Origin: Planctomycetota bacterium
GTDB lineage: Bacteria > Planctomycetota > UBA1135 > UBA2386
Direction: 5' to 3'
NCBI GenBank assembly: GCA_046290465.1
Contig: JBKAGP010000001.1
Location: 1,312,001-1,376,000, forward strand
Length of the DNA: 64,000 nt
The position numbers and the translations under genes were made by a program. The notes beneath the pieces were generated by a model. The model ran no database searches. It was not told the DNA's origin and saw nothing but the letters and a program-made list of their open reading frames with translations. Positions 50,022 through 61,623 of the stretch are shown piece by piece (position 1 is the first letter of the stretch; each line of letters starts with the position of its first letter).

Positions 50022-51239
50022 GGGGTAGTTCTTGAGCACCCACTGCCGCCACTCGGCGTCGAACGTCGCGCCGTCCAGTTCGAACGCCTCGTAGAGCAGC
50101 TTCGGCATCATCTTGCGCAGCCGCGCGCCGTCCGCCTCCCAGTCGCCGCTGCCGGGCACCTGCTTGAGCTTGTCGAGCATCAGGCCGACCTTCTGCGAGT
50201 CGCGCTCCATCAAGAACTGCATGCGCGACCACGACTGCGTGTGCGCGTGGAAGCCGAACTTCTCCCAGTCGTGCATCTCGCACAGCTTGTCGAACGCGAT
50301 CGTCGCGCCCTCGTGCCGCGAACGCTTGTAGATCTTCTCGTACCACTTGTTCTGCGAGTCCTGGTCGACCGACTCGCTGTCGCCGATGCGCGCGCTGATG
50401 AACTCGGACTCGATCTGACGCGAGTAGTAGTGCGCGAGGCCGGTCGAGAACCACAGCGGCAGCGGGTAGTAGAAGCCGCGATAGATGTTCATCAGGTTCT
50501 GCCACATCGCGAACACCATGTGGCTGTGCAGGCCTTCGCTGTCGAAGCCCTCCATGCCCTCGGCCGAGATGCACAGCAGCGGCTGGTGGGTCTGCTTGTG
50601 CACGAACCGGAACGAGTCCTCGGCCTGCGTGTCGCAGAAGCGCTGCATGTAGCGCGCCATGTCGGACTTCTTCTGGAACATCAGCAGCAGGTGCTTGTCC
50701 GGCGCGCCGAGGAACGGCCCCTTGCCGTTCTGCTTCGAGGTCTTGTCGAACGTGCCCTCGGGCGGCTGCACCAGCTCCTCGAACTGCCGGTAGGCCCGCT
50801 CGCAGCGCGCCGCGTACAGGTGCATCTGGGTCCACGGACCGAGCTTGCGCGGCTTGGACGGGAACTTGCGCCACCGCTGGTGCAGCGCCTTGCACTCGGC
50901 GTAGACGGCCTTCTTCTGCTGGTTGTCCTCGGGCAGCCGCGTGGTGGTCATGTTGAAGCCGATGCGGAAGTGCTCGGTCTCCATCCACAGCACGCGTCCG
51001 GGACCGAGCACCTTGTCGACGTCGGTGGTGCTGAAGTGATCCGCCCACGGAAACGGCCCGTAGCGCACCACGCCGAGCGCCTTCATCGCCTCCGGGTCCT
51101 GCTTGGTGAACGGGTCGCCCTTCTCGCTGAGCTTCTGGACCTCGTCGTCCTTCTGGGCGTGCACCGGGACCGTCGCCAGCAGGGCGAACAGCGAGAACGA
51201 CAGGACGGAGAGCAGCGGGCGGTGGTGCGGCGACGGCAT
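50010..51239 (-). CDS. Secreted hypothetical protein with a zincin-like pattern lacking HExxH
   Basis: Signal peptide ending VHA-Q; LPLWFSTGLAHYY resembles PxWxxEGxAxY. Confidence 0.7.
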   Translation of the reverse strand: MPSPHHRPLLSVLSFSLFALLATVPVHAQKDDEVQKLSEKGDPFTKQDPEAMKALGVVRYGPFPWADHFSTTDVDKVLGPGRVLWMETEHFRIGFNMTTTRLPEDNQQKKAVYAECKALHQRWRKFPSKPRKLGPWTQMHLYAARCERAYRQFEELVQPPEGTFDKTSKQNGKGPFLGAPDKHLLLMFQKKSDMARYMQRFCDTQAEDSFRFVHKQTHQPLLCISAEGMEGFDSEGLHSHMVFAMWQNLMNIYRGFYYPLPLWFSTGLAHYYSRQIESEFISARIGDSESVDQDSQNKWYEKIYKRSRHEGATIAFDKLCEMHDWEKFGFHAHTQSWSRMQFLMERDSQKVGLMLDKLKQVPGSGDWEADGARLRKMMPKLLYEAFELDGATFDAEWRQWVLKNYPKRK

Positions 51240-51375
51240 CGTGGCGGCGGGGTGGGTTCGCGAACCAGGGGCCATCGCATCGTCGCGGTGCCCCAGGATC
51301 GCAGCAAGGGGTGGGTACGCGACGCGGGGGCGTGAGCCGAAGCCCACGCCCCCGCGTCGGATCGAGACCGGCGGG

Positions 51376-52305
51376 CTACTTGGCGTCGCCAGCGCCGACC
51401 GTCTCTTCTTCTGCGGCCTTCAGGGCGAGGTCGCGCAGCTCCTTCTCCTTCTTGCGCAGCTTCTCGCGCTCCTTGTCGACCTTGTCGAGATCCTTGTCGA
51501 ACTTCTTCAGCTTCTTCGACTTGGGACCGTTCTTCTCGACCTCCTTGTCGATGCGGCTGCGGATCAGGTCCTCCTTGGCGTCGAGCTTGTCGTACTGGCC
51601 GAGCAGCTTGCGCAGCTGCTTGATCGCCGACTTGGCGTTCTCGTCGTAGCAGCGATCGAGGTACTTGAACATCACCTTCCACAGGTCCGACTGCGACTGG
51701 TCGCCAGGCAGCGCCAGCTTGTGGTCGCCGTTCGGATCCGCGAAGAACAGGTGCGGCACCTTCTTCTCGCCCTCGCCCTTCTTGAACAGGTTGTAGAAGG
51801 GATGCTTCTCGGTGAGCACGTTCGGCGGCAGCTTGACGCACCGGAACCAGTGCGTCAGCAGGACCGTCTGCTCGTTGTCGAGCGTGCGGCTCAGCACCGC
51901 ATGGTCCGTGCCCTTGCACAGCTCACACTCGCGCAGGATCAGCAGCGGACGCTTGTCGCCGTCGGCGACCAGTTCGTACGCCTTCTCGAGCGGGAGCGCG
52001 CGATCGACTTCCTTCGCGACGGTGCGCTCACCCGGCTTGCGGGCAGGCGTCGTCGGCTTGTAGACCGGGTAGGTCCAGTCGATCTTGAGCATCTCCTTCG
52101 CCGTGCGGCCACGACGGAAGTCGAGCGGAATGCCGCCGCCACGGCCACCACCACCCGGAGCGGGAGCAGCACCACGACCCGGAGCAGAACCACGTGGGGT
52201 CCAACTGGACCCGCCACCGCCACTTCATCACTGAGGGGCTGCGGGGCGCGCCAGGATCATGGCGGCCACCGCGCAGAGAGCGCCGGTTGCGATCGTACGA
52301 AGCAT
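51376..52305 (-). CDS. Candidate exported selenoprotein (309 aa): signal peptide, Q-U-U, Gly-rich linker, CxxC thioredoxin-like domain, coiled coil
   Basis: ATG at 52305 with SD GGAGGA is in frame (213 nt) with the track ORF start at 52092; the only stops between them are adjacent TGA TGA at codons 26-27 (52225-52230). Coding of 51376-52092 is well supported; readthrough is inferred. Confidence 0.7.
52194..52217 (-). promoter_or_regulatory. Putative bacterial SECIS hairpin
   Basis: mRNA GUG-GC-GGGUCC-AGUU-GGACCC-CAC; the loop starts 18 nt after the second UGA and has G at loop position 2 followed by U. Confidence 0.6.
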
Positions 52306-52526
52306 GTTTCGGATTCCTCCAGGTGGTGCCGGGTGTGAGTGGCACCTGGCTGTCTCGGGCAGGCAGCCTTATCTGATCAGTGTATCGGCCTGCCGCCCCC
52401 AGGCAACCCAAGCCGCAAAACGACCTTCGAGCGACCCGCACGATCGGCGCGTGGCCCGTTGACTCGATGCCGTCGGCAGGACACGCTGCCGCGCTTCTCC
52501 GACCCCCACCGCGACGCTGCGCCACC

Positions 52527-53018
52527 GTGAACGCCTCCGACACCCCCGACGACCCGACCCCGGCCCCCGATTCCTGGTCGGCGACACTGGAAGAACTCCG
52601 CACCCGCTACCCCGGCCAGAAGGACAGCGTGCTGTTCTGCGTGCACAAGCTGCAGCAGGACCCGGCCGTCGGGCTGCCCGACCTGCGCGACGAGGCCGCC
52701 GACCGCGGCATCCCGATGGCCGGTCGCGCGCTGCATTCGGCCAAGGTGCTGCTCGGCATGGCCGAGGCCAGGCCGCGACGGCCGGCGGCGCCGCGCGACG
52801 AGCGCGCCGCCGCCGGCCAACGTGCCTCGCGAGCCGAAGGACGCGCGGAGCGCAGCCGTTCCGAGCGGGGCCGCAGCGACGAGCCCGCCGGCGCCATCGA
52901 GGACCAGGTGCTCGCGGCCGTTCGCCAGATCCAGTCCGCCGCTGGCGCCGAAGCCGAACGCATGCGCACCGCGATCCGGCAGGCGATCGCGATCCTGCAG
53001 GACGCGTTGGAAGAGTAG
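52527..53018 (+). CDS. Hypothetical protein
   Basis: GTG start, host codon usage, helical N- and C-terminal parts joined by an Arg-rich linker. Confidence 0.7.
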   Translation: MNASDTPDDPTPAPDSWSATLEELRTRYPGQKDSVLFCVHKLQQDPAVGLPDLRDEAADRGIPMAGRALHSAKVLLGMAEARPRRPAAPRDERAAAGQRASRAEGRAERSRSERGRSDEPAGAIEDQVLAAVRQIQSAAGAEAERMRTAIRQAIAILQDALEE

Positions 53019-53107
53019 CCGTCGGTCGCGAGGCAGGGACGCCAGCTGGGTCGATCAGCCGGGTCAGCCAGCAGGGTCAAACCGCCGGGTCGAACCGCCG
53101 GGTTCGA

Positions 53108-54009
<902 letters not shown>

Positions 54010-54010
<1 letters not shown>

Positions 54011-56214
54011 TAGAACTCCATGTCCTCGAGCAGCTGCAGGCCCGCGTACTCGAGCACGAACTCGCGCTCGATGCCGTCGTCGAAGCGCACGATCGCGCGC
54101 GCGTTCATGCCGCGGCCGGCGATCCGGCGCACGACGCCGGAGCCGTAGAGGTCGTGGCGCACGCGCACGCCCTTCTGCAGGCCGGCCAGCGCCTCGGGAT
54201 CGGGCGTGACGCTCCACCCGGTCGAGTGCGAGCCCTCGTCGTCGAGGTCGTAGCGGCGCCAGGACGGCGCGTAGTTGTCGAGCAGGTCCTGCGGGATCTC
54301 GCGCAGGAACCGCGACGGCCGCATCGTCTCCATGCTGCCGTTGACCATCCGGTCGCGCGCCGAGCTGAGCATCAGCGTCTTGCGCGCGCGCGTCAGCGCC
54401 ACGTACATCAGGCGCCGCTCCTCCTCGAGGCCTTCGGGATCGTCGGCCGTGCGCATGCTCGGGAACGTGCCCTCCTCGAGGCCGCACACGAACACGTGGT
54501 CGAACTCGAGGCCCTTGGCGGCGTGCACCGTCATCATGCGCACCGCCGGTCCGTCGTCGCCGCGATCCGCCGACGTCAGCAGCGCGACGTGCTGCAGGTA
54601 GCCGGGCAGGCCGTTGGCCGGCGGGCCGTCCTCGTCGTCGACGACGTCCGGCGCCGCGTCGAACTGCACCGTGTCGCTGACCAGTTCGGCGATGTTGTCC
54701 TCGCGCGTGCTGTCCTCGGCGTCGCCGTACGAGGTCGCGTGCTTGACGTAGCCGACGCCCTCGAGGACCACCTTGAGCGCCGCGTGCGCGCCGTGCTCGG
54801 CGGCCGCCTGCGCCTTGTCGAGCGTCTCGGCAAGGTCGCGCAGGCCGCTCTGCGCCTTCTTGCCGAGCACGCCGTGCAGGCTGCGCTCGCCGACCGCCTC
54901 GCGCAGCGACATGCCCTCGTGCAGCGCGGCGTCGCGCAGCTTCTCGAGCGAGACCTTGCCGAGTCCGCGCGGCGGAACGTTGATGATGCGGCTCATGCTG
55001 ACGTCGTCGAGCGGGTTGATCAGCACGCGCAGGTAGGCCAGCAGGTCCTTGATCTCCCGCCGTTCGAAGAACGTCTGGCCACCGACGATCTCGTACGGCA
55101 CGCCCTTGTCCTTGAGCGCCTGCTCGAGGCCGCGCGACAGCCAGTGCGCGCGGTAGAAGATCGCGATCTCCTCGAGCGCGACGTCCTCGTCGACCAGCGC
55201 CTGCACCCGATCGACGACCGTCTGCGCCTCCTCGGTCGAGCCCGACGCCTTCAACCGCAGGATCGACGCGCCGGCCTCGGCATCGGTGCGCAGCCGCTTG
55301 TCCTTGCGCATCGTGTTGTTGGCGATGACGGTCTCGGCCGCGCGCAGGATGTTGGCGGTGCTGCGGTAGTTCTGCTCGAGGCGGACCACCGTGCACGGCT
55401 CGTAGTCGCTCTCGAAGTCGAGGATGTTGCGCACCTCGGCGCCGCGGAAGCCGTAGATCGACTGGTCCGGGTCGCCGACGACGCACATGTTGCCCGAGCC
55501 ACCCGCCTCGGCCGGCGGACACAGCAGCTTGAGCAGGTCGTACTGCACGCGGTTGGTGTCCTGGAACTCGTCGACCAGCAGCCACGGAAACCGCTGCTGG
55601 TAGCGCTCGGCCACCGCCGGATGCTCGCGCAGGATCTGCAGGAAGTTCAGCATCAGGTCGTCGAAGTCCATCGCCGACGCCTTCTTCATGCGCTCCTGGT
55701 ACGGGGTCCACAGCCGCTCGACCAGCCGCATCACGTCGCTGGAGCCGAGCATGCCGTCCTCGGGCGTCATCGCCGCGTTCTTGAGCTTGCTGATCCAGTT
55801 GCCGATCAGCGACGGCTTGGCCTCCTTGGTGGAGATGTGGTGGTCCGCCATCAGCTCCTTGATGAGCGTATCGCGGTCCTGGGTGTCGTAGATCGAGTAG
55901 TCGGGCGCGTAGCCGATCAGGTGCGCCTCGCTGCGCAGGAACCGCGCGCAGGCCGAGTGGAACGTCGCGACCCGCACGTAGTCGCCGCCGAGCTGTTCGA
56001 CGCGGCGCGCCATCTCGCCGGCGGCCTTGTTGGTGAACGTCAGTGCCAGGATCTGGTGCGAGCGCACCCCGTCCCGCATCAACCGGGCGATCCGCCGCGT
56101 CACCACGCGCGTCTTGCCGGAGCCGGCGCCCGCCAGCACCATCAAGGGACCTTCGCCGTGCGCGACGGCAGCGGCCTGTTGTTCGTTGAGGTCCTGGTAG
56201 ATCGAATCGTGCAT
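54010..56214 (-). CDS. uvrD: UvrD/PcrA superfamily 1 helicase
   Basis: [63 protein letters not shown]-terminal Tudor-like domain. Confidence 0.95.
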
Positions 56215-56305
56215 CGGCCGCGCAGAGCATAGTGCACGAACGGGACGCAGCAACAGCGACGATGACGCTGGATCTGCGCGGTGCGGCGCGGTTCGCTAGG
56301 CCGCC

Positions 56306-56446
56306 ATGACGCCCTCGCCGCACGAGTCGCGCGCGCCCCTCGGCAGCTGGCCGCTGCTCTACGTCCTCTGCTGCGTGCTCGCGGTCGTGGTGATGGCGCT
56401 GCTCTATTGGTTCACGTCGCAGTTCAACGTGCGCGTGGGAGCCTGA
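56306..56446 (+). CDS. 46-aa single-TM protein, likely partner of the SSS transporter (absent from the ORF track)
   Basis: [46 protein letters not shown]; stop lies 3 nt before the SSS start. Confidence 0.75.
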   Translation: MTPSPHESRAPLGSWPLLYVLCCVLAVVVMALLYWFTSQFNVRVGA

Positions 56447-56449
56447 GCC

Positions 56450-58207
56450 ATGGGTGCACTCGACTGGATCGTCTTCTTCGCGTTCCTCGGCTACGTGGTC
56501 TGGGACGGCGTGCGTCGGCGCAGCAACGCCAACGACCTCGAGGGCTACTACGCCGGCGGCCGCCGGATCCCCTGGTGGGCCGCCGGCCTCTCGATCATGG
56601 CGACCCAGGCGAGCGCCATCACCGTGATCGGCACCACCGGCCAGGGCCACGACGGCGGCATGGAGTTCGTGCAGAGCTACTTCGGCCTGCCGTTCGCGAT
56701 GGTGCTGCTGTGCATCTTCCTGGTGCCGTACTACCGCAGCCGCAACGTGCTGACGCCGTACGAACTGCTCGAGGAGCGCTTCGGCCCGATGTCGCGTTCG
56801 CTGGCGAGCCTGATCTTCCTGTGCTCGCGCTGCCTTGCGCTCGGCGCGGTGATCTACGCGCCATCGGTCGCGCTCAGCGCGATCCTCGGCATCGACACCA
56901 GCATCGCGGTGTTCCTGATCGGCGGGCTGACCACCGCCTACACGATGCTCGGCGGCGTGTCCGCGGTGATCTGGACCGACGTCAAGCAGATGAGCGTCAT
57001 CCTGATCGGCCTGTGCATCGTGTTCGTGATGCTGCTCACGGACCTGATGCCGCAGTTCGGTTCGTTCGGCGCGATGCTCGACGTCGCCGGTGCCGCCGAC
57101 AAGCTCGGCGCGCTCGAGGTCGAACCGGCGCACGATGCGATGACGCCGCGCACGCACGCCGAGATCGCCGCCGGCGAGGGCGTCCCGAGCTTCTGGGAGG
57201 AGAAGTACAACGTCTGGGCCGGCCTGTTCGGCGGCCTGTTCCTCCACCTCAGCTACTTCGGCTGCGACAACAGCCAGGCGCAGCGGCTGCTGACCAGCGC
57301 CGACGCCGCGCAGTCGAAGAAGAGCCTGCTGATGTCGGCGTTCGCCAAGGTCCCGATGCAGGGCTTCATCCTGCTGATCGGCGTGCTGATGTGGCTGTTC
57401 TACGCCACCAACCAGCAGCCGATGCTGTTCAAGCCCGACCACGTGGTCGCGGCCGAGAGCCAGGAACTGGCGCCGCAGGTCGAGCAACTGCAGCAGCGCT
57501 TCGACGCGGCGCACGCCGAACGCAAGGCCGCGATGCTGGCGCTCGCCGAGATCGACGGCCCGGTCACCGACGCGCCGGAGGCGCTGCAGCGCTACCAGCA
57601 GGCCGTGCAGCAGGTCGACGCGGTGCGCGTCGAGGCGCGCACGCTCGTCGGCGGAGCGACCGACGACGCCGGCAACAAGCAGGACGACAAGGACACCAAC
57701 AACATCTTCTGCCGCTACATCCTCGACCAGATGCCACCGATCCTGCTCGGCCTGATCATCGCGGCGATCTTCGCGGCGGCGATGTCGAGCATCGACTCGG
57801 TGCTCAACGCCCTCAGCGGCGCCACGGTCATCGACTTCTACCGGCGCTGGGTCCGCCCCGATGCCAGCGACGCGCAGTCGCTGCGCGTCGGTCGCTACGT
57901 GACGCTGCTGTGGGGCGTGGTCGCGACCTTCACCGCGCTGTTCTTCGCCGGCGGCGGCTCGATCATCGAGATGATCAACCGGGTCGGGTCGTGGTTCTAC
58001 GGCAGCCTGCTCGGCATCTTCGTGATGGCGCTGTTCTTCCGGCGCGCCGGCGACCTGGCCGGCGCGCTCGGGCTGTGCGGCGGCATGGGCGCCGTCGTGC
58101 TGGTCCACAACGTCTGGAAGGTGCAGTTCCTCTGGTACAACGTCGTCGGCCTGGTCGGGGTGCTGGTCGTCGGCGGCGTGACGGCGCTGCTGGTCCGGCG
58201 ACGGTGA
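56450..58207 (+). CDS. Sodium:solute symporter (SSS) family transporter
   Basis: [44 protein letters not shown]; many TM helices. Confidence 0.95.
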   Translation: MGALDWIVFFAFLGYVVWDGVRRRSNANDLEGYYAGGRRIPWWAAGLSIMATQASAITVIGTTGQGHDGGMEFVQSYFGLPFAMVLLCIFLVPYYRSRNVLTPYELLEERFGPMSRSLASLIFLCSRCLALGAVIYAPSVALSAILGIDTSIAVFLIGGLTTAYTMLGGVSAVIWTDVKQMSVILIGLCIVFVMLLTDLMPQFGSFGAMLDVAGAADKLGALEVEPAHDAMTPRTHAEIAAGEGVPSFWEEKYNVWAGLFGGLFLHLSYFGCDNSQAQRLLTSADAAQSKKSLLMSAFAKVPMQGFILLIGVLMWLFYATNQQPMLFKPDHVVAAESQELAPQVEQLQQRFDAAHAERKAAMLALAEIDGPVTDAPEALQRYQQAVQQVDAVRVEARTLVGGATDDAGNKQDDKDTNNIFCRYILDQMPPILLGLIIAAIFAAAMSSIDSVLNALSGATVIDFYRRWVRPDASDAQSLRVGRYVTLLWGVVATFTALFFAGGGSIIEMINRVGSWFYGSLLGIFVMALFFRRAGDLAGALGLCGGMGAVVLVHNVWKVQFLWYNVVGLVGVLVVGGVTALLVRRR

Positions 58208-58322
58208 CGCCGCGGCCGCGGGTCCGGCCCGACCCCGTGTTACCGCCGGGGCCGAGCGAAATAGCTCAGGCACCGGACTGGCCGGCCTCTCGGCGGTCTG
58301 CACCCCTTCCCGGAAGAAGGTC

Positions 58323-60833
58323 ATGAACCCCAACTCGTCCCGTGCGGCCGCCTCGATCGGCGCCGCGTTCCTGGCCACCAGCCTGTGCGCACCGTTCGCC
58401 GCGGCGCAGTGCCCCACCGTGCCCGCCCCCGGCCTCGGCATGCCGGGCGTCAACGACATCGTGCACGTGGTGCACCGCTGGGACCCGGACGGCCCCGGCC
58501 CGCAGCCCGAGCTGGTCGTGCTCGGCGGCCGCTTCGACGTCGCCGGCAGCCGGCCCTCGCCGCTGCTCGCAGCACTCGACCCGGCGACCGGCCAGCTGTC
58601 CACCCTGCCCAACACGTCGTTCTACGGCGTCGAGATCAACGCGGCGGTGACGATGCCGAACGGCGACCTGGTCGTCGCCGGCTACTTCGGCAACACCGGC
58701 CAGACGCTGGCCTTCGGCATCGCGCGCTTCGACGGCCAGAACTGGTCGCCGATCGGCAACGGCGTCGGCCAGAACGTGCGGGCGCTGGCGGTGCTGCCAA
58801 ACGGCGACCTGATCGCGGCGGGAGGCTTCCAGCTGACCGGGACCCCGGGACAGACCGCGATCGCGCGCTGGGACGGTTCGCAGTGGAGCGCGCTCGGCAT
58901 CGCCGACGGCACCCTGCAGACGTCGATCGAGACCACCTTCGTCGCCGCCAACGGCGACCTGATCGTCGGCGGCCTGTTCGACACCGTCGACGGCGTGCCG
59001 GCGCGCAACATCGCCCGCTGGAACGGCAGCCAGTGGCAGGCGTTCGGCGCCGGTGCCGATGCGACCGTGCGCGACGTGAGCCAGGACACCGCCGGCAACC
59101 TGATCGTCGCCGGCCAGTTCGTCTCGTTCGACGGCGTGCCGTGCGGCTTCCTGGTGCGCCAGAACGGCGCCACCTGGACGCCGCTGTTCCCGCCGCCGGC
59201 GGTCACGTTCGGCGCGGTGCTGGACGTGCAGCCGCTGCCCGACGGTCGCCTGGTCGCGTGCGGTTCGACCAACTCCTTCAGCGGCGCCGCGGTCGGCATC
59301 TACGCCGGCGGCAGTTGGACGAGCCCGCCGGCACTCGGCTCGGTCACGACCGGCGCCGGCATCCCACGTTCGCTGTGCGCGCTGCCCGACGGCAGCGTCG
59401 TCTGCGGCGGCCTGTTCCGCATGGCCGGCGACCAGCCGTGCAACCACGTCGCCCGACTCGACCTGCTGTCGGCGACGCCGTCGTGGTCGACGTTCGGTGC
59501 CGGCAGCAACGGCCAGGTGCGGGTGGTCCTGCGGGCCCGCGACGACACCGTCTACGCCGGTGGCGACTTCACGATGCTCGAGAACGTGCCGGCACAGCAC
59601 CTGGCGCGGCGGACGGCGGGCGGCAGCTGGCAGCCGTTCGGCGCGCCGATCAACGGCAGCGTGCACCGCATCGTCGAGCGGCCGGACGGCGAGGTCTTCG
59701 TCAGCGGTAGCTTCACCACCATCGGTGGCGTCGCGGCGGACCGCGTCGCGCGCTGGGACGGCAGCCAGTGGCACGCGATGGGCAGCGGCTCCTCGTTCGA
59801 GGTCAACCGCATGGAACTCGACCGCAGCGGCGACGTGATCGCCCAGGGCTCGTTCCCGACCGGCAACACGTTCTTGCCGACGGCACGCTGGGACGGCACC
59901 GCGTGGCAGCCGTTCGGCAGCAACGCGCCGCTGGTCGGCGGCGGCTCGATCACCCAGCTCGGCGGCCTGATCGCCGCGACGCCGGCCGGCGACCTGCTGG
60001 CGACCGCGTTCACGACGACCGGCCCGGCGCTGGTGCGCTGGGACGGCTCGGCGTGGCACCCGTTCGCGCCGATGCCGCCGACGCTCGGCGCGCGCCTGCT
60101 GCCGCTGCCCGGCGGCCAGCTGGTGTTCGGCGACATGATCTGGGACGGCGCCAGCTGGCAGCCGCACGGCCTCGCCGGTGACGGCGGCGCGACCGCCCCC
60201 CGCCCCGACGGCAGCAGCTGGCTCGCCACCAACACCGCCAACTCCGACACCAACCTCTACGCCGGCACGCCGCAGGGCTGGCAACTGGTCGCCGAGGGCG
60301 TCGACTTCATCACCACGCTCGCGACCGAACGCGACGGCACGCTGTGGGTCGGCGGCAGCCTGCTCGACTTCGGCGGGGTCGGCGGCGCCTTCCTGGCGCG
60401 GCTCGAACCGACCTGCCCGGCCGCCGTCAGCGGCGCCGGCACCGGCTGCCTCGGCGCCGCCGGACCGTTGGTGCAGCAGGCCGACGCGTTCGCCTTCGCC
60501 GGTGGAACGGCCAGCGCAGCCTTGTCCGGTGCACCGGCCGGCGCGCTGGTGCTGCACACGATCGGCTTCGCACCGCAGGTGTTGCCGCTCGCCAACGTGC
60601 TGCCGCAGGCGCTGCCCAACTGCACGCTGTGGCACACCGGAGACGTGGTGCTCGGGCCGGCGGTGGCCACGACGGCGCCGACGACGCTGGCCCTGACGAT
60701 CCCCAACGCGGCCGCGCTGGCCGGAGCGGACTACCGAACCCAGGCGGCGGTGCTCGAACTGCTGCCGGTCGGTGGGCTCGCGTCCCTGGCGACCAGCAAC
60801 GCGCTGCGCTGGACCATCGGCTCGCTGCAGTAG
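58323..60833 (+). CDS. Secreted beta-propeller repeat protein with a planctomycete-type C-terminal domain
   Basis: Signal peptide ending AAA-Q; repeated GDL(I/V)xxGxF...ARWDGSQW units. Confidence 0.88.
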   Translation: MNPNSSRAAASIGAAFLATSLCAPFAAAQCPTVPAPGLGMPGVNDIVHVVHRWDPDGPGPQPELVVLGGRFDVAGSRPSPLLAALDPATGQLSTLPNTSFYGVEINAAVTMPNGDLVVAGYFGNTGQTLAFGIARFDGQNWSPIGNGVGQNVRALAVLPNGDLIAAGGFQLTGTPGQTAIARWDGSQWSALGIADGTLQTSIETTFVAANGDLIVGGLFDTVDGVPARNIARWNGSQWQAFGAGADATVRDVSQDTAGNLIVAGQFVSFDGVPCGFLVRQNGATWTPLFPPPAVTFGAVLDVQPLPDGRLVACGSTNSFSGAAVGIYAGGSWTSPPALGSVTTGAGIPRSLCALPDGSVVCGGLFRMAGDQPCNHVARLDLLSATPSWSTFGAGSNGQVRVVLRARDDTVYAGGDFTMLENVPAQHLARRTAGGSWQPFGAPINGSVHRIVERPDGEVFVSGSFTTIGGVAADRVARWDGSQWHAMGSGSSFEVNRMELDRSGDVIAQGSFPTGNTFLPTARWDGTAWQPFGSNAPLVGGGSITQLGGLIAATPAGDLLATAFTTTGPALVRWDGSAWHPFAPMPPTLGARLLPLPGGQLVFGDMIWDGASWQPHGLAGDGGATAPRPDGSSWLATNTANSDTNLYAGTPQGWQLVAEGVDFITTLATERDGTLWVGGSLLDFGGVGGAFLARLEPTCPAAVSGAGTGCLGAAGPLVQQADAFAFAGGTASAALSGAPAGALVLHTIGFAPQVLPLANVLPQALPNCTLWHTGDVVLGPAVATTAPTTLALTIPNAAALAGADYRTQAAVLELLPVGGLASLATSNALRWTIGSLQ

Positions 60834-60840
60834 CGCCGGT

Positions 60841-61623
60841 TCAGCACGAGCGCGGCCGGGCGAAGCCGCGCTCGCCGCCGACGAAGAAGTGCAGGAAGTC
60901 GCGCCCGGCCGGCTCGAGCCCGCACTGCCGCGCATCGATCGCCGCCGCCGCGCGGGTCCGGAAGTCACCCGGGCCGGCATAGACGGCGTGGTAGGCGCGC
61001 TTGAGATCGCGCAGCACGTCGGCGTCCATGCGGGCGCGGCGCAGGCCGACGAAGTTCAGGCCGCGCACCTCGTTGCGTTCGGCAGCCATCGAGAACGGCG
61101 GCACGTCGTACGACATCGACGCGTTGCCGCCGACCATCGCCCGCGCGCCGACGCGCACGAACTGGTGGATGCCGGCACCACCACCGAGGAACGTGCCGTT
61201 GCCGACCAGCACGTGTCCGGCCAGCATCACGTTGTTGGCCAGCGTGACCTCGTCGCCGACCACACAGTCGTGGCCGACGTGGCTGTTGGCCATCAACAGG
61301 CAGTCCTCGCCGACGTGCGTCAAGCCGTTCTCGCGGGTCGGCCGGCTGATCGTCACGCCCTCCCGCAGCACCGTGCGCGCGCCGACGCGCACGCAGCCCG
61401 TCGGCGTCGCGTCGACGCGCATCTGCGGGCGGCCACCGACCGTGCAGAAGCTGTCGACCCGGCAGCCGGCTCCCAGGCGCGAGCCCGAACGCACGACGCA
61501 GTGCTCGGCCAATTCGGTGCCGGGTTCGATGGTGACCCCCGCCTCGACGATCGAGAAGGCGCCCACAAGGACGTCGGCCGCGAGCACGGCCGAGGGGTCG
61601 ACGACAGCTGTCGGGTGGATCAT
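60841..61623 (-). CDS. lpxA: Acyl-ACP--UDP-N-acetylglucosamine O-acyltransferase (LpxA-like)
   Basis: MIHPTAVVDPSA, hexapeptide repeats, NSHVGHDC, LAGHV, IHQFVRVG, DVPPF, GLNFVGLRR. Confidence 0.88.
   Translation of the reverse strand: MIHPTAVVDPSAVLAADVLVGAFSIVEAGVTIEPGTELAEHCVVRSGSRLGAGCRVDSFCTVGGRPQMRVDATPTGCVRVGARTVLREGVTISRPTRENGLTHVGEDCLLMANSHVGHDCVVGDEVTLANNVMLAGHVLVGNGTFLGGGAGIHQFVRVGARAMVGGNASMSYDVPPFSMAAERNEVRGLNFVGLRRARMDADVLRDLKRAYHAVYAGPGDFRTRAAAAIDARQCGLEPAGRDFLHFFVGGERGFARPRSC

Noticed and set aside
52225..52230. Genome-wide UGA reassignment (genetic code 4 or 25) as the explanation for the in-frame TGAs
   Set aside because: Conserved genes such as polA, uup and metB end at TGA at their expected C-termini, so UGA is a normal stop here
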